Positions 26,780-40,970 of a stretch of 64,000 bases of DNA are shown here, in pieces (the first letter of the stretch is position 1; every line of letters begins with the position of its first letter). A program made the translations under genes and the position numbers. The DNA is from Vicugna vicugna (taxonomy: Eukaryota), in the NCBI GenBank assembly GCA_013265495.1, contig MU061538.1, positions 1,180,001-1,244,000 on the forward strand, written 5' to 3'. Under the pieces are notes generated by a model. It saw nothing but the letters and a program-made list of their open reading frames with translations. It was not told the DNA's origin and searched no databases.

Positions 26780-27175
26780 AAAACTGAAGTATAGTCAGTT
26801 GCGTTGTGTCAGTTTCTGGTGCACAGCACAGTGACCCAGTCGTGTGTACATTCATACATGTATTCCTTTTTGTATTCTGTTTCATTAAAGGTTATTACAA
26901 GATACTGAATATTGTTCTCTGTGCTGTACAGAAGAAATTTTTATCTATTTTATATATAGTGGCTAACATCTGTAAATCTCAAACTCTCAAATTTATCCCC
27001 TCCCACCCCCTTTCCCCCGTAACCATAAGATTATTTACTATGTCTGCGAGTCTGTTTCTGTTTTGTAGATGAGTTTGTTAGCGTCCTCTTTTTCCTTTTT
27101 TTTTTTTAGATTGCAGCTATGAGTGATATTATATGGTATTTTTCTCTTTCTGGCTTACTTCACTTAGAACGATGA
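26780..27175 (-). mobile_element. Artiodactyl/camelid-type L1 3'-end fragment
   Basis: ctgaagtatagtcagtt...ggttattacaagatactgaatattgttctctgtgctgtacagaagaaa...tggcttacttcacttagaa. Similar copies lie at ~39055 and ~43840. Confidence 0.85.
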
Positions 27176-28199
27176 TATAAAACTGTTTTTATCATTAGAA
27201 AAATGCTATTTAATTATTTTTATAAAATAGTCTATGCTGTTAAACCAAGAAGTCTTTTATGAAGCCACCCAGGCGATGGTCTCGCTCAGGGTGCCCGGCG
27301 TTTCCTGTCTAACGTGTGCTTGTTTGGAGGCTGTTCTGGTATTCAACTGTGAAATATTTATCCTACTCATGGGATTACGTCTTTAAAAAAGCACAAGAAA
27401 CCAGCGGAAACCCCTAAACTTTAAGACGTGTGTGAGTCAATATTCCACCGTTACTACAGACTCAAATCTGGACGGTGATTTGGCCTTGTCGCCTGTGTTT
27501 CCCAGGGTTTTCTGCAGAGCGAGCGGCCCCAGGGGAGGGACCCACTGGCCACTCACTTCAGCCGCAGGTCAGGACCTCACCACTCCCACCGGCCGCGACC
27601 CCGTCCTGCCCCCAGGGTGTGGCAGAGCCTGGTGCCCAGTAAGTCGTCTACGTCGCAGTCTGTTAATTTATTTATTCCCCTTAAAGTATCGAAGTAGTTA
27701 ATCCACAGGGAACTTTTTTGAGGATAAGATATGAAGTGATGTCTTTTTCTCCTTCATGTGAATGCCTCCATCTCCCATTTAATTGATTTTCTCAACCATC
27801 TTCGCTGGTCTGGACTGTCTCCTCATTGAGAACCTAGCATCCCTGCATACTGAGATGGGTGACTTCCTGCTGTATCAGCCACTTCATCTATTATTTCACA
27901 AGAATCTTAGTTACCAAGTTTTTAGGTATATTTTGATATTTAACAAGGATGTTCAACCTTATTCATCTTTCTTTTAAAAAATCAGTTCTTCATACTCCTC
28001 TAGATAAACTTTAGAATTAAGCTGTGGAATTCCAAATGCGTGGTTGATCCTACTCCTTTGGCAGTTAGAAATTATATTACATGTACAGAACAGCAGGAAA
28101 GTGCACATTCTCACTCACATCCCAAATAAAATGTCAGTCATTTTATTTAAACCTTTTATTTCATCAGAAAAAAGTTTAAATTATAATTACTATTTTTCT

Positions 28200-30540
28200 C
28201 TAACTTGATTGGGATGTAAGTGACATATAATGTGGTGTAAGTTTAAGGTGCACAGTGTGGTGACTGGATACACTTCTGTGCTGGGACGTGGTCGCCACAG
28301 GAGGGTTCGGGACCACCCGCATCATCTATAGAATCACTGTTTCCTTTATGTGAGGAGAACATTTATGATCTACTCTCAGCCCCTTCCAAGTGTGCGGTCA
28401 GTGCTGGTCACTGCAGCCGCGCCCGCAGCACACGGGGGCGTCCCGCGCCTGGAAGCCTGTGCTCTGGCCAGCACCGCCCCTCCCACGCGCCTGCCCCGGC
28501 CCTGGCCACCACCGTTCTGCTGTTTCCGTGAGTTCACATATAAGTGGAATCATACTGTATTTGTCTTCCTCTGTCTGATTTATCTTACTTAGCATCTTAC
28601 GTCCTCACGGTTCATTCACATTGTTTCAAGTGGCAGTTTCTCTTATTCTCGTGGCTGAGTTCCACACGTTCCAGAAGTACACGACATCTTCTTTATCCAC
28701 TTATCTTTTGACAGACACTCGGGTTGTCTCTGTGTCTTGGCTGCTGCGCGCAACGCTGCAGGAGCACAGGACTGCACGGGACTGCACACACCTCTCAGAG
28801 ATCCTGATTCCGTCTCCTGTGGGTAGACACATGCCCTGGAGGTGGGGGGGCTGGACCACATGGCTCTTCCTTTTAATTTCTGAGGAACCTCCAGGCTGTT
28901 TCCCACAGTGGCTGCACCAATTTACATTCCCACCAACAGTGCACGGGGCTCCCCTTTCCCCACATCCTCACCTGCGTGTTATTCCTCCGCTTCTTGCTGA
29001 CAGGCGTGCTACCAGGTGTGCGGTGAGATCTCACTGTGCCGTCGACTTGCACCTCCCTGATGATCGGGGATGCTGGCACCTTTTTTGTGCCCCTGCTGGC
29101 CACGGATGTCTTCCCGGGAAACACGCCTGTTCACCTGCTCTGTCCATGTTTCAATCCGCTGTCTGGGCTTTCTGGCTCTTCAGTAGTGTGAGTTCTTTAC
29201 GTATTTTGGATAAAGCCCCTGTGGGATACGTGATGTGCAGACATCTCCTCCCGGCCAGTAGGTGCCTTCTCTTCCTCTCGCGGCCTGTGCCCCGTGCTGT
29301 GGGGAGCGGTCCCGTCTCTGGAGCCCCGTTCACTTGCTTTTGCTGTTCTTGCCGATGCTTTTGGTGTTACATCCAAGACATCCCTGCCAGACCACCTCCA
29401 GGGAGATTTTATCCTGTGCTCTCCTATAGGGGTCTTGTGGTTCCAGGTCTTAAGTTTAAGTCCCTAGTCCATTCTGAGTTAATTTTTGTTATATCATCTT
29501 GATGAACTAACCGCTTACCACTGTATCGTGACCTTCTCTGTCTGCAGCAGTTTTTGAGTTAGTCTACTCTATCTGACGGAAGGGTAGCCACCCTGCCCTG
29601 CTCTTTCTCCATCTTGTGTGGAATACTTTTTCCCGTCCCTTCACTTGGAGCTGATGTGTGGCCTTAATGCTGAAGTGAGTCTCTTCTAGGCAGCATTTAA
29701 GTTGAACCTTGATTTTCCAACTATCCGGTCATTCGTGCCTTTTGATCAGAGACACGAGCTCACCTGCATTCAGAGAGTCGCGGGTCGGTAAGGGCTTCCG
29801 AGCACCATCTCGTCCCCAGCTGCCCCCGGTCCCCTGTGCCTCCCCGGCCCACCCGCTGCCCTCCGGGCGAAGTGGGTGGGCGCGCCCAGCCCTCCCTCTG
29901 AGCGCCTGCTGGACGGTTTCACTTTGTGGTCACCACGAGGTTACATCAAACCTCATGTCGACAGGAGTCTATTCTACACTGATGAGTTTGATTGTGTACA
30001 AAAACGCTAACCTTCACTGCCTGCTTTCATGTTTTGCTGTCACAGTTTACTCTCTCGAAGTGTGAGTTCACTAACAAGTCACTGTCGCTAGGGCCACGTT
30101 TGATGCTGCCATCCTTTCACCTTTGTAAGAGACTGGGGCAGCTGATACACCAGTGTTACGACATCATTCTAAATTCGTCTGCGTACTTTGTTTTACAAGT
30201 GTGTTCCTTATATTCATACTTTCTCTTGCCACTAATTAGCTCGCTTTCATTTAAGCTTGAAACCTTTTTTCAGCATTTCTGGCAAGGCGGGTCTAGTGAC
30301 GGTGAGCTCCTTCGGCCTCTGTCCGGGAAGGGCGTTCTCTCCCCTTCACATCTGAAGGCCGGCTTTGCTGGGCAGAGCTGTCTTGGTTGGCAGCTTTCCC
30401 TTTCAGCAGTTTGACTGTATCATCTCCTGGCCTGTGAGGCCTCCGCTGAGAAATCCACGTGTGGCCTCTGGGCGTTTTCTTGTGAAGCTAGTCATAAGCT
30501 ATTTTCTCTTGCTGCTTTTAAAACTTTTTTGTCATCGACA
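28200..30540 (-). mobile_element. LINE-1 relic(s): 3'UTR/ORF2 3' part joined to ORF2 5'/ORF1 parts, GC-shifted
   Basis: 28.2-29.5 kb is antisense L1 3' text (tggctgcaccaatttacattcccaccaacagtg); ORF 28643-28906 (-) gives L1-like ...KDKWIKKM. 30.27-30.5 kb (cagcatttctggcaaggcgggtctagtg...cttggttggcag...gctgagaaatcc) resembles antisense ORF1. Confidence 0.8.
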
Positions 30541-33500
30541 GTTTTATCGCTCTAAATCGAGTCCCTTCCAGAGCTGAAGTCAGCTGTTGTACAGAAAGCC
30601 CTCATGTTGGATTTGCCAGATGACATGTATTCTCATGAGGGGGTTCGGGCGAAGCATTTCCAGTGTGCTCTGCCCTGGTGCACCCTGTGCACGTCCGGGC
30701 ACGTGGGGTCTCTCTGTCCAGTTACTGGTAACTTCGGTCACTGGGCTGAGACGATGTCTGCCAGACCTATAACTGATCTGTGGGATGATTCTTTCAGACT
30801 GTGTGAAAAATCCAGTTCCTCAACAACCTTTTACCCAATAGCTTATGGTAATTTACTGACATAGGTTCTCAAAATATCATCTGTGTACACGTCCGTGCGG
30901 TCTGGATATACCTACAGAACCCTGGGCAGCATGAAGTTCAGTAGCCTCGTCCAGCCATCCTCAGACTCCATCAGGACGCGCTGGCGTCTCAGACCTGTAG
31001 ACTGACGTTTCCCAGCTCAGCTAGTGGGTGCCGTCAAGTTGAAAAGGTAGAAGAAATCATCAAATTGCACGAGTCATTCAATAAACGGTAAGAAGTGGTC
31101 TGTGTCGTGAAGGGCCCTGGCGTGACTGGCACAGGCGTTCGGGGGGCCAGGGCTGCTGCGGGAGGGCTGCCGCCTGCCGATACACGGTCTGGCAGAAAAC
31201 ACAGTCCTCATTTACTTACATGAGGTTTGGGTTTAGATTTCAATTGTTTATGGCCAAATGGGATGAGTGAGCTAGGGTGAGGTGTGAAAAAATTTTGAGA
31301 AGATTTAGGAGACTCGCAGAGAGAGCTGGGGATTCTAGACTTAAACATTGAGACGGGCAATTACGAAGTGCCTGTTTGCGCAACAGACTATGAGGCTAGC
31401 CTCGGTAAGCTAAAATACTTCTGGGGGAGCGCGATCTGAACGACAGTGTGGGCGCGCGCACGGCTGGCCGAGTCTGCCGACTCTGCTTTATGTGAAAGCA
31501 CGTGCAGCTGGTGTTTCCGAAAGTTATTTCAAGATGACGCAGGCAAATGAGTAAAGGTGCATAAAGTGAAGTGACTGCTGACTCTGTGATTCAGATCACG
31601 TCGGAGGAGGCAGTGAGCTTTTCTTACTTGAGAGCCAGTACATGCATCATGTCAGAAAGGACCACGAGCAGCAGAGAGAGGAGGCCCTCCCATCAGCCTG
31701 AGAACGGAGGCGGCATGACGAGCAGGGGAGGGCGAAGCACCATCCAGGGAAAGACCGCGACCCACTCAGGACAGACTGCAGGCGCGAAGCCCCGTCTCTG
31801 ACGGAAGCCGGGGGGCTGCCGAGGAAATGAGGCCCACAGGGGAGAGGGCCTGCAGACACCAGGCCGCGCGGGGGCAAGGACTCTGAAAGAGTGGACGATA
31901 AACTCAGAAGAGCTGAGACCCAACAAGGAGGGCAGCCCGAAGCTTTTTCAGCAGTGAAGGGGGAGAGGAACTGTCCCAGAAACAGTGGCGGGGAGCATAT
32001 TCTTCTCATCCAGTTGTCAGCAATTTTAGCTGATATGCTATTTCTTCTGTAAACTGGGGAAGTTTGGAAAAGACCCAGGTGCTGTCAAACACTGGATGCT
32101 CTTCGCACAGTCACCTGCGACAGGACCCCGTTCTCGGTCCCTAGACAACTCTGCTCCCCAGTCCCTGCTGTAGGGGTGCGAACGGCTTGAAGAAAACACT
32201 GAACAACCGCAGATTCTCCATCCACAGCCGCTCCACTCCTCTCCCGCGCCCGGCTGCTCCAGGGGCCACAGCTGCTGCGCCCAGGCTCAGGCTGCCCTGG
32301 CAGCGGGGCCGTCTCCCACCCTCTGGTCGAAGCTCTGTGCCGTGGACATACACGGTGTTTCCTGTGCTCACATGTCACCTTTGATGGTGTCCAACTCCTG
32401 AGGCAAATGAAGCCTATTTTCTTGACGAATCGGAGGCACAGTGGCCCCCAGGCCACGGCTCTGACTTCCTGCCGCACACCCCAACGGCAGCGCTGCCTGG
32501 AACAGTTGCCTACGTCGCCAGGAAGGCTATCAGAAAAAACCCGTCACTGCACTGCTTTATAGTCAAGCCTAAATCCGCTACTTTAAGGATCCCTGTGCAG
32601 TGCTGGGACACCGCAAGGAAGCCCCACGGGGCGCAGCCCGCAGCCCACGGAGGCCAGACAGGGCCGCTGAACCCTGGGGGTGAGGCTTAGCGCCCCTTCT
32701 CCACCCGGAGTGGGGACTGAGGTGCTCACACACTCGAGGGAGAATCATGGGACAGAAGGGGCCCCTCACACGAGGGAGAGGAACTTCCCATCACTCGCTG
32801 TCCAGGTGGGGGCGCAGGCTAAACACAGCAGGCTCACAAAAGGTCCAGGCCAGCATGAGTGACGGCACCGGCACAGTGACGCCGGGAAAGTGACTGTGAG
32901 GAGCTTCGTCTTACTGACTTGAGGGTGGCCAGTCAGCAGAGCACGGCTCACGGAGTGAGAGTAACACTGTAGAGTCTGGACCGTCACGGAACCAGAACCG
33001 CGGAGAGGGGCCCGAACACCAGTGCTCACCATCAGTGCAAACCCACGGTGCCTGCGGTGAGGGGTCTTTTCCGGACGCAACTCCCAGTCCCAGCGCAGCC
33101 CTGGGAGGGAGGCCAGCCCGCGTGGGCAGTGGGGACACTGTGGCCAGCTGCTGTCCCCTGCCCGGAGCGCCATGGCTGGGGATGGCAGTACCCAGACGCG
33201 CCAGCCCTTTTCCACGGGGCGCAGGGATGGAGACGGTCAAACAGGCCAGAGATAAAGACAGAAAGCAGGCAGAAGAAAGGGTGCGAACGGAGGTTACTTC
33301 TTTCTAAAAGCCTCAGGCTTTGGGACTGCCAGGAGCTACACAGTAACACGGGGTCACAGCAGCCTTCCTTCTAATTTCCCTTCCACTTCTCAGGGGACAT
33401 GAAAGCGGAGGCTTGTGTTCATTCTTGTCTCCAAAGAGATGAGTTTATTTAAACACTTGTCACATATGGCTGAACAAAAGTTGAATTTCACCTTGTTCCA

Positions 33501-33657
33501 ATGTTACGAACTTTATGATTTCACTAGAAAAGGAAACCTGCCAGTGTTTGCCACCCGGGCGAGCAGCCAGTTTAAGGCAGCAGCAGCTCAGCCATTTGGA
33601 AAGAGCCTAAAATGGAAGGAAGTCTCCGAGTCTCACTGCCCGGGCCCCGGCGAATCA

Positions 33658-34063
<406 letters not shown>

Positions 34064-34539
34064 TCACTTAAAACTGTACAGGTACTTACCTATAAGCAAC
34101 ATTTCACCCCCAGTGCAGTTACAGGGTCCTCCCCTTGCCGTTAGGAGACCTGGGCCAATTCAGGCTGTGCGGCGAAGGAGTGTCATCAGACGTGAGCACC
34201 TCCTGCAGGAAACCGGCTCCAGAAGTGGTGCTTCACAAGCACGTACACGCGGGGATGTCAGAGGCTTCTGACGGCGCCCCGTGGGCTGGCCCCAGGGGCA
34301 GGCGGGGGGAGAGCACACCCCTCTCGCGGACGGCCCCCTAACGACACTCCCGTACAGACTCCGGGGCGCTCTCGTCACACGGAGCCCACCGCTGCCACAG
34401 CGGGGTGGGCTGCGCTGTCGCCCGAAGCCACCCTTCTGAGGGTAAATGGTGACTGTGGAGGAAGCGAGCGCTCCCTTGAGGAGACCCTGGGAGAGTGGAC
34501 GAGGCGCCCCGGAGCGGCGGGGAGGACAGGGGTGCTCAC

Positions 34540-34572
34540 CCTGTGGAACACATGGGAACAGGACAGCAGCAC
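34540..34572 (-). CDS. RNF32: RNF32 exon 5 (33-nt mini-exon in the first RING)
   Basis: cctgacag|GTG...AGG|gtgagc. Encodes [11 protein letters not shown]. Confidence 0.95.
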
Positions 34573-37067
34573 CTGTCAGGGGAACAAAAGGATGGCAAGT
34601 TTAGGTTAGTTTAAAGGAGAAGCAGCAAAATGCATTCACGTAAAGAGAGGTTCTGACTGCTTAACAAGGTGAGCCGTGCTGTTTCTTTGAAACATTTAAA
34701 AAGCAGATTAACAGCTTTGGTATTTGCCGTATGGAGTGTTTCACTTTCGCACGGTGCAGGCAGGCAATCTCATCTCAGCAAGAAAAACGGACTTAACGAC
34801 AACCTGAAGCACCAAACGGACATGTGAAGTTTGCGAGAAAAAGAGTGTGTGTTTCAAAATGAAACAGTCCCGACAGAGGTGTATTTCTGGGCGGATCCTA
34901 AGAGCCAAGCTGGAGGAGATGTGGGATCAGGCCGGGCGGCGGGGAGGGGCAGAGAAGGGGAAGCAGACACCTCTTCTTAGGACTTTGTTCACCTCAACTG
35001 CAACCTTAAATTTAATAATAATAAATCCCAGAGACATATGAGTCACTTTTTCTACTTTAAATGCAGGGCAAGTGTGGTCATAGGAAAACTCCCCTTTCTG
35101 TGACTCCAGCTCCCCACCAGTGACCCGGCCTGTGACAAAGGCAGGAGCTTAGACTGAAGGAAGGACAGGCAGTGGTTCCTCTGAGGCCTCTCTGCACGGA
35201 GGCTGGGCAGGACTGGGGGGGGGGCCGGGGGCCTCCCCCACCTCCAGGGAGAGGGAAGTCCCAGACGCCCAGGCGCCTGATGGGGCAGCCGCCCAGGCTT
35301 CACAGGAACCCTCTCCCCTGCCTTCACTCAGGGTACACTTTTCTTCTTAAGTGGGAAGAATGGAAGAACTATCAGAATAAACAGAATTCAGAAAGTTCTA
35401 AAACTTTTCCTCCAAGTTTACTGTCACCAATAAGCCTAAACTGGAAACAAGAAGGTGGGTCCTCCTCAGTGATGGCCGCTCAGTCTAACGGCCGCCTTTA
35501 GTGCCCGCGCACTCGGCCCTCGTGGACCCCTCTCAGGGTGTGTCAGCGACAGACGCCTGATGATCTGTACTGAGTAATGTTATACTTCTGGAGATTTAAA
35601 ACGTTATACTTTTAAATGCCCCCAAATATTTGTTACTAGCAAATGTTCTTTGAGTTAACAAAAATACACGATGAGTGGCAGTAAACACGCTAAAATGCCC
35701 TGGGAGTTACGTCAGGTCCCACCCCCAGAGCTGGCCTGCTGTGGGCCACACGGCCTGCCTATTTCCTCATCCGTTAAACGGGTCTAATGCCGACCTCAGA
35801 GGCACCGAGATGAGCCAAAGCCCTCGCAAACCACTGAGTGTCGGGGCAATGCCAGCTATTGTTGATAACGGGGAAAACCTAAACACGAGAACAGAACCTA
35901 GAAATGCAAAACACGTGTGTATCTGTAACAGAACAAAGACACTGAAGTTAGTGAGACATTTGTAAAGAACAGAGTGGAAGAAATGGTGGGTGTGCTACCT
36001 CCTGACCACCCCCCCCACCAACCTCAAGACATTCAGCTGTAAGGTTTTGTTCTCACTCAACAATCAGGCTACTTATCGCGTAACTGAGAACGAGGCTGTT
36101 GGGGCCGGAATGGCTCCTTGTGGCTTTACTAGTTCTTTTGCTGCTAAAACACTAAATCAACCAGGAGGCAATTCTGTGCTTTAAGGGCTAAAATCTTTTC
36201 AAAATACCCAACCTTTACATACGTAAGATTAGGTCTTGGTGGAGAATTGAATAGAATGAGTATGTTTAAAATAACGTGAGTTCAAATTAGTAAAGAACAC
36301 AAGTTTTATGACGATGAACTAGCTCATCAATGATGAAATGTACAAAAAAAAATTAAGTTAAAGGTTTACGCGCCAAGGTAGTAAGTATAGCCTGGGGTTC
36401 CCAGGCTGTAAATTTTAGTCTGCTTTTAACTGTATTTGCTATTTTTAAAAGCAAACCTCCATAATGCTGCGTGTGTGAGAAATCATTATAGGGTGGCCAT
36501 TAACTCAAAAAAATTCTAGGAAGAGCAGAGTCCCTCACCTCCAGAGGTTACAGTTTAATCTGGCAAAGCAGATCTAGGAAAGAAAACCTCTGACCTGGAC
36601 GGACTGTGTGTCGTCTCCAGGGTCACTGGTCTGACCACGGGAAACGTTCGTGAATCGAGATGAAGCAAAGACCTCACTTAAAGAGCCTTCCACAGGGTCT
36701 TTGGAGATATGCAAGCTTGGTTTTTCTTTTATGATTTCAATTCACAAAACAACTTAAAATGTCCTTAGCCATCCCTCCGCCGGGGGATGCAAGTGCTCCT
36801 CTGAGGTGTCGCCACACTCCCCTCAGCTGCTCACGGCCAGGGGACGGACACTCTTTTGGTACCAACTTTGTGCTGGGGAGTTAGCATCACTCAGTGAATG
36901 ACACGTTCAGTGAGGGTGCTCAGCTCTTTCTCACACACGGGCTTTAACAATGAAAACGAGGGTCAGTGCTGGAGGGTCATGTGGTGGGGGACCTGGGAAA
37001 AAGCAGCCCAGCCTCTTGGGCCGCAGCTCGAGTCTCGTCACTAGAGAAGGCCCCACCGGGCAGCTTA

Positions 37068-37262
<195 letters not shown>

Positions 37263-39054
37263 TCAGATGGATTGCAGAATACGGTACTCAGGTGCAGCTT
37301 CAACGACATTATCTTGTAAATCTGTAAATATGAAAGCAAAACACGCCTTACGTGCTCGGCCCCACCCTGCTGAGAAGCCTGCTTTTCTGCGTGTGCGCGG
37401 AAGTCAGGGATCACAACCCCTCACGTGGTGTTTTGTGTTTTTATTTTCACAGCAACTCCACGAGCTGGGCAGGACTGACGTCCAGGCTTAGAGTCCCACA
37501 CGTACTGACCAAAGTCTTCCTCATTTCTCACCACACTTCCCTCTCGGCCTCCAGCATTGCCTTCTTGCAGTTCTGCCACCAGTGACCTTTATAAAATGAA
37601 TATCAATCCAGTTCTCCTCCCGCTGAAAAATTCTCGTGCGGGATACTGGCGGCCAGGACGGGTTCCTCACCTGCGCGTGTCTGGTACCCAGCGCGTCTGC
37701 TCTGCATCAGACACAGAGCTTCTGCTCCCCCGGACAGAAGTGTGACAGCTCGGGCCCAGGGGAGGGGACGTGGGCACCGGTGTCTGTGGCCTCCACCGCC
37801 AGGCCAGGGAGTGGCCACGGCGCCGACCCACAGGGCTGTCTACAGGGACGGAAAGGGAGGTGGCACATCTGCGAAACTGGACCAGGAAGCTGCGACGGGA
37901 GCAATCAGGACACAAAGAAGCGCGCGTGAAAATGAAGGACCTTAGTAGAAATGTGGATGTCAACGGTAGGATGGGAAGAGGAAGCTAAGCAGAGCATCAG
38001 GCATAGCAGGAGGCAGACGGCAAAACCGAGGGCGCCTCGGCGCTCCGACAGCGGAAGGACGGGCGTTCCGGAGCGAGCAGGGGGGCGCGCGGCGAGCCTC
38101 CCAAGCAGGGCAGATGCTTCCAGCAGGGGTGACGCCGACAGCCCGGGTCCTGGCGGGAGCAGGCGGCTGGAAGGTTCTAGAAGGAGCGTCCCCATGAAGA
38201 CACAACGAAACATCGCCGCTGTATGTTAATGTACTGAGAGAACTTACTTTGGAAGAGATTTCTGGGGACCAGCTGTGAAGACACGCTCCCAAACCACGTG
38301 AATTACACGGGTGAGACGCTGACCCCGAGGCTGGGCCCAGGCCGCGCGAGCGCCCGCCAACGCCACGGCCAGCTGAGCGGGAGGGCGCCGTCTGAGGGAA
38401 GGCTCTCGGCTCTGCACTAACTGACGTGCCCCCAGCCGCCTGCAAACTAAACTATGACGCGGCCTAAATGGGCAAGAGGCAAGCCGTCAGACAAGTAGAG
38501 AGACGGGGGCGTCCCCGTGCCCTCCGGACAGGCAAGGGTTCCTCAGTCCCCCAAAGCGCAGCAATGAAGAGGAAAACCCACAGCCTCCGCGGCGACCAGA
38601 ACGAAGGACGCGCGGCCAGGGCGCACACAGACCCTGCACACGAAGGACGCCCTCCCACCAGGGGCGTCGGGGGCCTCCTGTTACACTCAGGGGTGCGTCT
38701 TCGGCAGGGAGGCCGTCCAGGGGCCGCCGTTGTCCCCTCTGCAGGGCGCGGCCCGCCCTCCCGGCCCAGCGCCCACTGGTGGCTGTCACCACTGTGGTGC
38801 TGGCCAGCCGGGGATCTTCTGTTTCCAGCCCCTGCCCACCGCCTTTGTGAGCTGTCATTCACTGTAAGGAAGAGCCTTTCCCATCGCTCATGTTTTTATT
38901 CAATTATTTCTATCAGTGTAGACTAACGGGCATTTACTTCAGTCTGTTCACTTACTGTCCACTTATCATTACTGTATTTTCTCGTCCAGATTGTCCTCAT
39001 CATTTTAATTAGCAGTTTTATTTCAATAAATTCATTTTAAAAATTCTCATTTTT

Positions 39055-39320
39055 CATTGAAGTGTGGTTGATTTACAGTGTCAGTTTCAGGTGTGCAGCA
39101 AAGCGATTCAGTTATACATACACATCGGTATATATATATTTTTTCAGATTCTTTTCCATTAGAGGTTATTACAAGATGCTGAACACAGTTCCCTGTGCTC
39201 TGCAGGTGGACCTTGCTGTTCATCTGCTCTGTATACAGTAGTGTGTGTCTGCTAATCCCAGACTCCTAACCTTCCCTCCTCCCCTCCTCCCCTGGTCACC
39301 AGTTTGTTTTCTGTGTCCGC
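39055..39320 (-). mobile_element. Artiodactyl-type L1 3'-end fragment in RNF32 intron 3
   Basis: attgaagtgtggttgatttacagtgtcagtttcaggtgtgcagcaaagcgattcagttatacata...ggttattacaagatgctgaacacagttccctgtgct. Confidence 0.85.
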
Positions 39321-39335
39321 CCATCACCACTTCTA

Positions 39336-39809
<474 letters not shown>

Positions 39810-40280
39810 TCAGCCTTGACAGCACGCTGGACCGATCTAGGAGGAGAGGGTGATCCACCCCTCGTTACCCGAGCCGGGGAGCGAAGCCCAGGCCCAGCAT
39901 CCGTGTTACTGACGCGGTAACAGCTTTTCATTTAATTACTGAGGCCTTAATCGTAATATGAATAAGTGCGCGATGGTCTATAAAAGCTGCGCATGCCTGA
40001 GAACACTCTGTTTCACTATAATTAGACGAGACTCCAGGCAAAGCCTGCTTCTGTTACACTAAAGAGAATCTTGCACTTAAGTATTTTTATACCCTTTTTT
40101 GGTGAAAACTTATACAAAATAAAATTGCCACACAGCTAAGAGACACTTGCACCAAGTACACGGCTGACAGCTCTTCACTGAAGCAAGGTTTGCAAACTAT
40201 TATCTTATATTGTCAAGTAGCTGAATTAAAATACAGTCCTGAGTAAAACAAGGGTATATGTTTAAAAAAGGATTGTGTAC

Positions 40281-40295
40281 CTTATTTTTTAACAT
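40281..40295 (-). CDS. RNF32: RNF32 first coding segment (MLKNK) in exon 2; the exon spans ~40281-40366 including 5'UTR
   Basis: tcagcATG TTA AAA AAT AAG|gtacac matches the recalled RNF32 N-terminus MLKNK and is in phase 0 with exon 3. The summed CDS is 1095 nt, in frame. Confidence 0.92.
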
Positions 40296-40519
40296 GCTGA
40301 TTCAGGAGAAGTCCCTTGGCTGAATCACATTTTATCGTCAAGGATCACAGTCCTTTAATTCGTCTACTGTAAAAAAGCCAACAGAAGGTCCAAGTCAGCA
40401 TGTACGTAACCCCTCTCGTGAAGAAGAGGAGGAGACGGGCACTGAGAGTCCGGACAGCGCCGCAGTGAGGGCGCCTGCGCGCTCTGGCTGGGGGGGTCAA
40501 GCCGGCCACGACCCAACTC

Positions 40520-40970
40520 GGCCCGTCCTCAGCTCTCTGGTCACCGGAACATGTTCATTGCAAAGAGAACAATACGTTGCTAAGTGTAACAGTGTTCTAG
40601 GTGAATACAGCATTTCAGACTGCAATGACCAGAGAAGAGTGAGTGAAATACCCCTTGAAGAGGTAACACTAAGGCTGGGATCTGAAGGCCACAGACAGGC
40701 AGTGGACTCGCCACACTACAGGTACAGGAAAAGCAAGGGCGGGCCAGAATCGGCAGGTGTTTAGAGGAGGAAGAAAACCGTGGCGGTGACTCCACTCTGC
40801 CCAGAACACGGACGTGCAGAACATGAGTCACCAGCGTGGGCTCCAGGCTTGCTGTTTGCTGGGCAAGATGCTCAACATCCCTGCACGCGCTTCCTGCCAG
40901 AAGACAGCTGTAACGACGCACTCCTCGCAGGGTCACTGTGAAGTATGAAAGGCGATGGCCTAGTAAAGGA
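40520..40970. mobile_element. Degenerate L2 and MIR fragments in RNF32 intron 1
   Basis: cttgaagaggtaacactaaggctgggatctgaagg is L2-like; tgggcaagatgctcaacatccctg...ctcgcagggtcactgtgaagtatgaaag is MIR-like. Confidence 0.4.

Noticed and set aside
31571..32020. Purine-rich stretch as a processed pseudogene or extra exon
   Set aside because: No recognisable protein similarity, poly(A) tail or target-site duplication; possibly a very old repeat that I cannot identify by eye.
38070..38670. CTCF-like strings (cgagcaggggggcgc, ccaccaggggcgtc)
   Set aside because: Each has the wrong G-run length or core mismatches relative to CCASYAGRKGGCRS, and such strings are common in GC-rich DNA.
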